Source: an uncultured Bacilli bacterium
GTDB lineage: Bacteria; Bacillota_I; Bacilli_A; RF39; UBA660
Assembly (NCBI GenBank): GCA_934130045.1
Contig: CAKOXI010000005.1
Location: 1 to 62,482, forward strand
Length of the DNA: 62,482 bases
Direction of reading: 5' to 3'
Part shown: positions 36,364 to 44,710 of the stretch, piece by piece
Numbering within the stretch: the first letter of the stretch is position 1
Layout of the letters: the number at the start of each line of letters is the position of its first letter
The notes under the pieces: generated by a model
What the model was told of the DNA's origin: nothing
The model's input: only the letters and a program-made list of their open reading frames with translations
Databases searched by the model: none
Position numbers and translations under genes: made by a program

Positions 36364-39300
36364 ATGATTATGAGTTATGATGATTTTAAAAGTATAGTAC
36401 CTGAAAGAACTAAAAAATTTGTAGATAAAGTATTAGAAGTTTATCAATCATATGTTTATCAACATAGTTTTACTATTCAAATAAATTATAAAGGGGTAAC
36501 TGATGATAATTTAGAACTTTTTGTTATTTTTTTATTAGCGCTTGAACAATTTGAAAAAAATAATATATCAATGTCTTTTTTTGATAGGTATAAAAAATAT
36601 AACATTATTACTAATGAATATGTTAATATTAAAATCAAAGATGATGCTATAAGTGATATAAGAATTTTTAATAAATTATCAGAAATATTGTGTCCTTTTA
36701 ATTTTTATGAAAATTATATGTATTTAACCCCAGAACGTATAATTTACAACTATATCTCAGAAGATGATTTATCTGCACTCTTTTATGTTGATTGTAAGGA
36801 AATGGATAAAGAATATAAGAATTTAGCTGATCAAGAGGAAAATAAACTTATACATGATATAGAAATGAATTTTTATAAAGATTTACCTTATGATTTAATT
36901 GTTTTTTTAGAAAATTCTGCTCAAATATTTTACTATTTTAACAGAAATAGTTTCTCAAATGAAATAATTAAAACTTATGATGATTATGTTGTTTCGTCTT
37001 TATTAATTTCAATTTATTTAAATAAAAGTTATATATCAAATTATTTAGATTCTAAAGGTATTACTAAAAATTATATAGGTAAAAAGTTTGAATTTAATTA
37101 TAATAGTTCTTGGAATGTTTTTCTTCCTATTTATGCTACTATTTTAAAAAAATATTATAGTAAAATTATTTTTGAAGGAAAAAATAAAAATATTGAAAGA
37201 AAAAACTTGGGTATTGCCAATGTAATGTCTAATATTTTTGATAATAATTTGACTAATAGTAGAGTAGTTGATTCTATACTTTATGACTTAAATTTAAAAA
37301 GTACTGAATTTGATGATTTTGTAAATAAAGTAAATGATTTTGAAAAAGAATATTTATATTTAAAAGATAAAGAAGAAATAGAAAAATTTTATACTGGTAT
37401 GAATAATGATGTAATTAAATTTTTAGAATTTATTTCAAAAGTTTATACTGTTCTTAATGATAAAAAGTTAGAAGAAATTTTTGATAAAAATTATATAAAA
37501 AATACCAAAGATTTAATGATTATTTCATGTTTTATAGGTAGTTATTTCTTTAATAATAAGTATATAGATTATTTTAAAGATAATGAAATTTCTTATGAAA
37601 AATTACTTAAATTTTTAAATTTAAAAATATCAAGTGAAGATATAAATTCAGTAAATTTTGATTTTGATATAATAAAAAAATACATGAAAAATATTTTTTT
37701 AATTGCAAATAATAAAAATAAAAAAGATTTAACTATTGATCAACTTTTAAATGATATATTAAATAATGAATGTATTAGTAATATAATAACTGAAATCAAT
37801 CCAAATCTTAATTTAAAGTGTAAATTAACTGACATAATTGATGCTTATCTTATTCATAAAGAAGAATTGCGTAAATATGAATTAGAGAAAAAATTTTTTG
37901 GTAATATGAAAAAGGAAACTGTAGAATATATAAAAAAAACTGAAACAATATGTCAGTATATTTCAGAATACAAAGAAAATGTGCTTTTTTTTACATATGA
38001 CGATTTGGTTCAAATATCTTTATTTTTGACACTTGTAGGTGAATATCGATTGTTCCACAAATATGATGAATTAATAATAACATCATTAAACAGTATGTAT
38101 GATCATAATGATATGAAAAAATATCCTAAGTTTGATGAAGTATTGTACAAAGCAGGTTTTACCGATTCAACTAAATATAATATAGATTTTATTTATAATA
38201 ATTTTGGTAAATATGTATTTGGTGGTAATAATAAAAACAAGAAAAAGAAGGATATTGAAATAAAAGATATATTTACTAATATATTTGGTTGTAGTTTTGA
38301 AACTAGTGAAACTTTAAATAAATTTTTATTTGATATAGAATTTGATAAATCAAAGCTAAAAAATTATGATGAATATTTTATTAATTTTAAAGAAGAAAAC
38401 TTTATAGAAAAAGTAAAACTTAAAATACAATATGATTCCATTACAAATTATTATGAAAATTTATCCAAAATATATCAAATTTTAAAAGAAATCGATAGTG
38501 AAAATAATAATATAAATAATATTGAAGATTCTTCACAATTATTAGCATGTTTTACCGAAGAAAATTCTAATTCTAATTTAAGAATTTCTTTATTGAAAAA
38601 TAGAAAAATTAATTTAGAAAGCTATTTAAAATATCTTAATATTTCTAATGAAGAATTTATTAATTATAAAAATAAAGAAGTAAATTATCATATAATTGAT
38701 GAAAAATTTTCACATTTATATTATTTAAGTTTTGATAATATTTTGATGTTTTTATTTGGTAAGTTACCACAATTACCAGGATTATCACAAGTTTCAGAGC
38801 AACATAATAAGTTCGTTGATTATATAAAATCGCTTAATCAAAACCCTAATATAGTTGAAGAAGAAATCAGTTCTGGTAAAGAGGTAATAGTTCCTATGAC
38901 TCAAGATGAACAAATAAAATATTTTAATAGTATTCCAGTTAATAAATTAGAGTATAGCATTTCCTCAGTTTCTTCTTTTGGCAAAGAATTATCAGAGCAT
39001 TCTTTGGTAATTGCTGATGAATATTTAAAAATTGCTTTAATGGATTCAAATGAAAATAGTGTTATTTGTAATATTCAAGAAGAACTTGATAAAATTAATC
39101 CTAAAAAAGATATTAGATCATTTTTTAGAAAAAAGGTGACTGGTGCGAAAAAAATTAAACAAAATAAAGCTATATTAAATAATTTAAATCAATTTTTAGA
39201 GGAAAAAGAAAAAACTTTATATGAACAAATTGAACATTTTGAATATTTAAAAAAATTAATTGCGCTTTATATGTATAGATTAAATAATTATATTTTAAAA

Positions 39301-39813
39301 CTTGAAACTATTGATGATTTTGAAAAAAATGGTAATAGTATTATTCAAAATATGGATTATCAAATAGTTAAACAAATTTACAATGATAAATTAAGTGATT
39401 TTAAAAAATCTTTAATTTTATCTACTGAGCAATATCAAAAAATTAATTTATTATTAAAAACACACGCTATTACATTAAGTAAAATTTCTACATATAGGAA
39501 TACATTTATTCCAAATTTATATATGGAGTTATCTATTCGTGATGGTATTATTAGTGAAAAAGAAAGTATTGATTCTTTGAAGAAAATAAATGATTTATTA
39601 GATAATATGGTTATTACTAATAATAAATTATTAAATCAAAAGGAATTTAATAATATTACGGAAAGGGATATTGTTAAAATTGATGATAATATTAGTAAAT
39701 CTATTACAGATATTTTGATGAATGAACACCTTATTGAAAATAATAATATAAATAAAAAAGATAATTCAGTAAAGGTAAAAAAATATATAATAAAAAAAAG
39801 ATCAGAAAAATAA
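36364..39813 (+). CDS. Large hypothetical protein with TelA-like C-terminal region
   Basis: 1149 aa, no TM. The last ~300 aa are collinear with TelA/YceH-type proteins (SFGKELSEHS, NPKKDIRSFFRKKVTGAKK, FEYLKKLIALYMYRLNNYILKLE, NTFIPNLYMEL). The N-terminal ~850 aa show repeated helical modules weakly reminiscent of Clp_N repeats. Confidence 0.45.
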   Translation: MIMSYDDFKSIVPERTKKFVDKVLEVYQSYVYQHSFTIQINYKGVTDDNLELFVIFLLALEQFEKNNISMSFFDRYKKYNIITNEYVNIKIKDDAISDIRIFNKLSEILCPFNFYENYMYLTPERIIYNYISEDDLSALFYVDCKEMDKEYKNLADQEENKLIHDIEMNFYKDLPYDLIVFLENSAQIFYYFNRNSFSNEIIKTYDDYVVSSLLISIYLNKSYISNYLDSKGITKNYIGKKFEFNYNSSWNVFLPIYATILKKYYSKIIFEGKNKNIERKNLGIANVMSNIFDNNLTNSRVVDSILYDLNLKSTEFDDFVNKVNDFEKEYLYLKDKEEIEKFYTGMNNDVIKFLEFISKVYTVLNDKKLEEIFDKNYIKNTKDLMIISCFIGSYFFNNKYIDYFKDNEISYEKLLKFLNLKISSEDINSVNFDFDIIKKYMKNIFLIANNKNKKDLTIDQLLNDILNNECISNIITEINPNLNLKCKLTDIIDAYLIHKEELRKYELEKKFFGNMKKETVEYIKKTETICQYISEYKENVLFFTYDDLVQISLFLTLVGEYRLFHKYDELIITSLNSMYDHNDMKKYPKFDEVLYKAGFTDSTKYNIDFIYNNFGKYVFGGNNKNKKKKDIEIKDIFTNIFGCSFETSETLNKFLFDIEFDKSKLKNYDEYFINFKEENFIEKVKLKIQYDSITNYYENLSKIYQILKEIDSENNNINNIEDSSQLLACFTEENSNSNLRISLLKNRKINLESYLKYLNISNEEFINYKNKEVNYHIIDEKFSHLYYLSFDNILMFLFGKLPQLPGLSQVSEQHNKFVDYIKSLNQNPNIVEEEISSGKEVIVPMTQDEQIKYFNSIPVNKLEYSISSVSSFGKELSEHSLVIADEYLKIALMDSNENSVICNIQEELDKINPKKDIRSFFRKKVTGAKKIKQNKAILNNLNQFLEEKEKTLYEQIEHFEYLKKLIALYMYRLNNYILKLETIDDFEKNGNSIIQNMDYQIVKQIYNDKLSDFKKSLILSTEQYQKINLLLKTHAITLSKISTYRNTFIPNLYMELSIRDGIISEKESIDSLKKINDLLDNMVITNNKLLNQKEFNNITERDIVKIDDNISKSITDILMNEHLIENNNINKKDNSVKVKKYIIKKRSEK

Positions 39814-39828
39814 AATTCTGATTTTTTT
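39801..39828. terminator. Bidirectional intrinsic terminator
   Basis: ATCAGAA (39801-39807) / TTCTGAT (39816-39822) with A-rich loop, then a T-run. Sits between convergent genes. Confidence 0.65.
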
Positions 39829-40381
39829 AATTAAAGAGTTTCATAAACCATTTTTTTATATTAAATCCTAATTCATCTAATGTGTAATTACTATTATTTC
39901 TAAAATACTTTAATATTTGACTAACAATTCCATCAACACAAAAATTCATATCTAATTCTAAATATTTAGAATTTATATTTAGATTTTTTAAACAATTATA
40001 AGCAGCATCTATAAAAACTTTTCTTATTTTATCCAAAAATATTAGTGGTTCATCAGAAGAAAGTAACATTTTATATGTATTTTCATTTTCCTTTAAATTT
40101 TTTATAATAACATCAATATAAACATTAACATCATTAATACTTTTTATATCAACATCTTCATTTAATAATAATTCTATTGTATCATTTTGGAATTCTTTTG
40201 CTACATCATAAATATTATCATAATGGGTATAAAATGTTGATCTAGTAATTCCAGCTTTTTTTACAAGATCAGTAACCGTAACAAATTGTAACTCACGCTT
40301 TTCGTGTAATAATTCTACAAAGTATTTTTTTATTAATTCCTTTGTCTTTTTAGAAGAAGCATTCAAGTTTTTGACTTTCAT
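39827..40381 (-). CDS. TetR/AcrR family transcriptional regulator
   Basis: HTH VTVTDLVKKAGITRSTFYTHY. GAGGTG RBS 6 nt before the ATG at 40381. Confidence 0.85.
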   Translation of the reverse strand: MKVKNLNASSKKTKELIKKYFVELLHEKRELQFVTVTDLVKKAGITRSTFYTHYDNIYDVAKEFQNDTIELLLNEDVDIKSINDVNVYIDVIIKNLKENENTYKMLLSSDEPLIFLDKIRKVFIDAAYNCLKNLNINSKYLELDMNFCVDGIVSQILKYFRNNSNYTLDELGFNIKKWFMKLFN

Positions 40382-40425
40382 ATAATTCACCTCGAAATAA
40401 TTATATCACAAAATTACGATAAATT

Positions 40426-40471
40426 TTGACAGTGTATGAAAATTTAAACAATTTTATTGACAGTGTATGAA
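40426..40471. promoter_or_regulatory. Duplicated 15-bp element TTGACAGTGTATGAA in the tetR/MMPL divergent intergenic region
   Basis: Identical copies at 40426-40440 and 40457-40471 (31-bp period), each starting with a consensus -35 hexamer TTGACA. Confidence 0.45.
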
Positions 40472-40558
40472 TTTGTACATTTTGTATCCAAATGTCCTTT
40501 AATGTGTATACATTATTGTACTAAAATATCTTTTGTCAAAGAAAGGAAGATATTGAAT

Positions 40559-43500
40559 ATGAGAAAATTCACAGATTTTATTGTAGAAAAAAGAAATATT
40601 ATTCTTATTTTATTCATAATATTGTCTGCTTTTTGTTTATTTTTATCAACTAAAGTAAATATTAATTCAGATATTACTAAGTATTTACCTGATGATTCAG
40701 AAACAAAAATCGGAAAAGAAATTATGGATTCTGAATTCGAGGAACAAAAACAGAGTGTATTAAATGTAGTTTATAAGGGATTATCTGATGATGAAAAAAC
40801 TAAACTATATAATAATCTTTTAGATATCGATGGTGTTAGCAGTGTTGATTATGATGATACTACAAAATATAATAAAGATGAATATACTTTATATGTTATT
40901 AATGTTGATGATTATGCTTCATCAGATACATCAACAAGTGTTTATAAAGCGATTCAAAAAGAATATAAACCATACGCTACAAGTGGAAGTATTGATGATG
41001 AGAATAAAACAATATTACATTTATGGATAGTAATTTTAGCTATTTCAATGGCTATGGTTATATTAATCATAATGTGTGAATCATATGTTGAACCATTTTT
41101 ATATCTAATATCAATTGGTATGGCTGTATTTATCAATAAGGGTACAAATATAATGTTCCCTAGTGTTTCAAACATAACTGATTCGATAACAGCTATCCTA
41201 CAACTTGCTTTATCTATGGATTATTCAATTATGCTATCAAATAGATATAGACAGGAAAGAGCCAGTGAAAAAGATAAAGTTAAAGCTATGAAAACAGCTT
41301 TATATCACTCATTCAGTTCTATTATGAGTAGTTCTGTAACAACAGTAGTAGGTCTACTTGCACTTGTATTTATGAGTTTCACAATAGGTAAAGATTTAGG
41401 ATTTGTTTTAGCTAAAGGTGTATTTTTAAGTTTGATAGGTGTTTTATTATGTTTACCTGCATTAATTCTTCTATTTGATAAATTAATAGATAAGACTCAC
41501 AAAAAATCTCCTAAATTTAATTTAAAATTTTTAGGAAATATGAATAATAAAATTAAATTTATTCAACCAATAGCTATAATAATAGTATTTGTTGCAAGTT
41601 TCTTATTAAAAGGTAATTTACAAATTTTATATACTGATTCAGAACAAGATGAGGTTGCTAAAATTTTTGGAGCAGATAACCAAATCGCAATAGTATATGA
41701 AAATAAATATGAAGATTTAGTAAGTGATTACTGTAAGTCAATAAATGATCAAAATATTAATCAAGTATTATGTTATGGTAATACAATAAATGAAAAATTA
41801 AAATATAATGAATTAAATCAAAAATTAAGTGATTTAGGTCAAGATACAAGTATTGATGATTATTTACTTAAAGTAATTTATTATAATTATTTTAATAAAG
41901 AAAATATTAAATTATCATCTTTTGATTTTATAAATTTTATAAAAAATGATATATACAATAATGAAAAATTTAATAGTTTAATTACTGATGATATTAAAAC
42001 TAATATTGAACTTTTATCTAATTTTACAGATAAAGATAATGTTTTAAATAATAAAAATATTAAAGATATTTCTAACATTTTAGGAATAAATGAAAGTGAT
42101 GCTTCTGATATCTTATTATTATATAATTCTAAAAATATAAATACTAAGATGACTATAAGTGAATTTGCTAATTTTATTAATAATTATGTTTTAAATGATT
42201 CTAAGTATTCTAGTAGTATTAATAGTGATACTATAGAGTCTATAAAAAAATTATCTTTATTTTCAAACAAAGAATTTATAAATCAAAAATTAAATTATGA
42301 ACAAATGTCAAATGTATTTGGTATAGATAAGGAATTAACTAAAAAATTATTCTTATTCTATAGATTAAAAAGCGATACAAATACAAAATTAACATTAAAT
42401 GAATTTGCTAATTTTGTATATACATTAAAAAGTGATCCTACTTATAGTAATTTAATTAGTGATGATATAAGTAATACAATTAGTATATTAAAACTTTTAT
42501 CAAACAAAGAATTTATTAATACAAAATTTGATTCTAATACAATGAGTAATAATTTAAGTAGTTTTGGATTAAATAAAGAAACAATTGATAAAATTTATTT
42601 ATACTACGCAATTAATAATGATTCAAATAGTGAGATTTCAATAAATGAATTTGTTAAATTAGCGCTTTTCTTATCAAATGATTCAAATTATAGTTCATAT
42701 TTTGATACAGATACTATTAATAATTTGAATAAACTAGATATGTTAACTACATATTATGATAAAGAATTAGATAGTAATACCTTATATTTAATGTTTGGTA
42801 GTGATTCTCTAGACTTAAATACAATTAGTAATTTAGTATCACAATATGGAACTAACAATTTAATGAAACCAATTGATTTTGTAAATTTATTATTAAATAG
42901 TGGGTTAGTAAGTGATGAAGCTTCCCTACAAAAATTAAATTATAGTTTAAATATTATGAATAATGCTCAATCAAAATTAAATTATAGTGATTTAGCTAAT
43001 ACTTTAGGAGTAAACCAAAACTTAGCTAAGACTATATATGGTATTAATGACTATAATAATGGTAAAGTTTCTTTAAGTATAAAAGAATTAGTTAATTTTA
43101 TCTTAAATCATAAAGACGATAGTTTATTAAGTAGCGCTATTACTACTTATTTACCAAGTTTATATTTAGCTAATAATATAATGGAAAATGTAGAAAATAG
43201 TTATACATATAGTGAATTAAGTGATTATTTAAATAGTTTAATGAATAAAGAAATAGTTTCTAAAGAATTATTAAAACAAGTATATTCGTTATATGATTAT
43301 AATTCTGTTGAAACATTAATTACTCCTTATGAATTTGTTAATTTAATAATTAACAATCAAAATGATTCATTATTATCTGGTAATATTACAGTAAATACAC
43401 TTAGTACTTTAAATTTATTAAATACTATTATGAATAGTACTATTAATAATATTTATTATAGTTCTTATGAATTATCAAATTTAATTAATATGGATAATAA

Positions 43501-44620
43501 TACAGTAAGTTTATTATATTCACTATATAATTCTTTATATATTAAAGAAAATATGAATATTTCATTAATAAATTATACTGACTTTATAATTAGTGATGTT
43601 ATAACAAATGATGCATATAAAAATAAATTTGATGAAAAATCAATAGAAAAATTAAATACTGTAAATGATATTATGCATAAAACTATAAATGATTATAAAT
43701 ATGATTCAAAAGAGTTATATAATACTTTAAATAAATTAACTGATAAATTAAATTATGACTTAGTAGATATTTTATATATTTATTATGGAAGTATTAATAA
43801 CTATGATGAGACTTATGAATTAACTGTTGAAAGTTTTGTAAATTATTTATATAAAGATATTTTAAACGATTCAAGATTTAAAGATTTTATTGATAGTGAA
43901 ATGAAAGAAAAAATAAATAGTGCTAATGAGAATATTGGTAGTGCTAAAAACTTATTAGTTACTGATAAATATTCAAGAGCAATATTAAATACAAGTTACG
44001 AATTAGAAGGTGCTGATACTTTAGAATTTGTACAAAATACTTTAGATAAATTTGAAGGAAAAGAAGGAATTTATGTTATAGGTGATTCACCTATGGCACT
44101 TGAAATGAGTAAAACATTTTCTAGTGAATTAGACTTTATAACTATTTTAACAATAATTTTCATATTTGTTGTAGTAGCATTCACATTTAAATCAATACTT
44201 GTTTCAATAATATTAGTATTAATAATTCAAACAGCTGTATATTTAACAATGGGTATATTATCTTTGATGGGTGGAAGTGTATATTTTATTTCCTTATTAA
44301 TTGTTCAAGCAATTTTAATGGGAGCTACAATTGATTACGCAATTGTATATACTTCATATTATAAGGAATCAAGATTGACTATGAATATTAAAGATTCATT
44401 AATTAATGCTTATAATAAATCAATTCATACAATTTTAACTTCATCATCAATTTTAATTATTGTTACATTGATTGTTGCTAATTTCGCCTCAGCAATCGCT
44501 GCAAAAATTTGTGAAACATTATCACAAGGAACATTATGTTCAGTATTGTTAATATTATTAATTCTTCCTGGTATTTTAGCAGCATTTGATAAAGTTATTT
44601 GTAAGAATGGAAAAAAATAG
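40559..44620 (+). CDS. MMPL/RND-superfamily membrane transporter with a giant internal repeat domain
   Basis: Two MMPL-type TM bundles (LALSMDYSIMLSNRYRQER; LMGATIDYAIVYTSYYKESR) separated by ~700 aa of hydrophilic repeats. ATG at 40559 with GAAAGGAAG RBS preferred over the TTG at 40457. Confidence 0.8.
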   Translation: MRKFTDFIVEKRNIILILFIILSAFCLFLSTKVNINSDITKYLPDDSETKIGKEIMDSEFEEQKQSVLNVVYKGLSDDEKTKLYNNLLDIDGVSSVDYDDTTKYNKDEYTLYVINVDDYASSDTSTSVYKAIQKEYKPYATSGSIDDENKTILHLWIVILAISMAMVILIIMCESYVEPFLYLISIGMAVFINKGTNIMFPSVSNITDSITAILQLALSMDYSIMLSNRYRQERASEKDKVKAMKTALYHSFSSIMSSSVTTVVGLLALVFMSFTIGKDLGFVLAKGVFLSLIGVLLCLPALILLFDKLIDKTHKKSPKFNLKFLGNMNNKIKFIQPIAIIIVFVASFLLKGNLQILYTDSEQDEVAKIFGADNQIAIVYENKYEDLVSDYCKSINDQNINQVLCYGNTINEKLKYNELNQKLSDLGQDTSIDDYLLKVIYYNYFNKENIKLSSFDFINFIKNDIYNNEKFNSLITDDIKTNIELLSNFTDKDNVLNNKNIKDISNILGINESDASDILLLYNSKNINTKMTISEFANFINNYVLNDSKYSSSINSDTIESIKKLSLFSNKEFINQKLNYEQMSNVFGIDKELTKKLFLFYRLKSDTNTKLTLNEFANFVYTLKSDPTYSNLISDDISNTISILKLLSNKEFINTKFDSNTMSNNLSSFGLNKETIDKIYLYYAINNDSNSEISINEFVKLALFLSNDSNYSSYFDTDTINNLNKLDMLTTYYDKELDSNTLYLMFGSDSLDLNTISNLVSQYGTNNLMKPIDFVNLLLNSGLVSDEASLQKLNYSLNIMNNAQSKLNYSDLANTLGVNQNLAKTIYGINDYNNGKVSLSIKELVNFILNHKDDSLLSSAITTYLPSLYLANNIMENVENSYTYSELSDYLNSLMNKEIVSKELLKQVYSLYDYNSVETLITPYEFVNLIINNQNDSLLSGNITVNTLSTLNLLNTIMNSTINNIYYSSYELSNLINMDNNTVSLLYSLYNSLYIKENMNISLINYTDFIISDVITNDAYKNKFDEKSIEKLNTVNDIMHKTINDYKYDSKELYNTLNKLTDKLNYDLVDILYIYYGSINNYDETYELTVESFVNYLYKDILNDSRFKDFIDSEMKEKINSANENIGSAKNLLVTDKYSRAILNTSYELEGADTLEFVQNTLDKFEGKEGIYVIGDSPMALEMSKTFSSELDFITILTIIFIFVVVAFTFKSILVSIILVLIIQTAVYLTMGILSLMGGSVYFISLLIVQAILMGATIDYAIVYTSYYKESRLTMNIKDSLINAYNKSIHTILTSSSILIIVTLIVANFASAIAAKICETLSQGTLCSVLLILLILPGILAAFDKVICKNGKK
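41800..43940 (+). repeat. Intragenic array of about 9 degenerate ~70-75-aa tandem repeats (protein level)
   Basis: Recurrent pattern ..(L/I)(S/T).xEF(A/V)NF(I/V)...ND..YS..I..D.I..(I/L)..L..........(L/Y)(N/D)Y..(L/M)(S/A)N.LG(I/V)(N/D)..L.K.(I/L)(Y/F)L(Y/F)Y. Examples: ISEFANFINNYVLNDSKYSS, LNEFANFVYTLKSDPTYSN, INEFVKLALFLSNDSNYSS, IKELVNFILNHKDDSLLSS, PYEFVNLIINNQNDSLLSG. Confidence 0.65.
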
Positions 44621-44650
44621 AGCAATCTATTTTTTTTGTTTTAAAAATGA

Positions 44651-44681
44651 AAAATAAGTGTAATTATACTTATTTTTTTTT
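44651..44681 (+). terminator. Intrinsic terminator
   Basis: AAAATAAGT (44651-44659) / ACTTATTTT (44668-44676) followed by a T-run. Confidence 0.6.
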
Positions 44682-44710
44682 AATTTCATAAAATTTTATG
44701 AGGTGTTATT

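Noticed and set aside
40457-40558. A 34-codon N-terminal extension of the MMPL ORF from a TTG start.
   Set aside because: The TTG is the -35-like hexamer of the duplicated TTGACAGTGTATGAA element. The ATG at 40559 has a proper RBS and is followed by the expected basic N-terminus plus TM1.
41800-43940. Considered whether the periodic structure in this region is a CRISPR array or a DNA-level tandem repeat.
   Set aside because: The periodicity exists at the protein level only, in one continuous ORF. The DNA copies are diverged and there is no repeat-spacer architecture. No CRISPR-like array was seen anywhere in the window.
34270-44710. Considered whether the 10.4 kb block that splits the dcw cluster is a mobile element or genomic island.
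   Set aside because: No integrase, transposase, recombinase, tRNA attachment site or flanking direct or inverted repeats were seen, and the composition matches the surroundings. It is reported only as a rearrangement or insertion of unknown origin.
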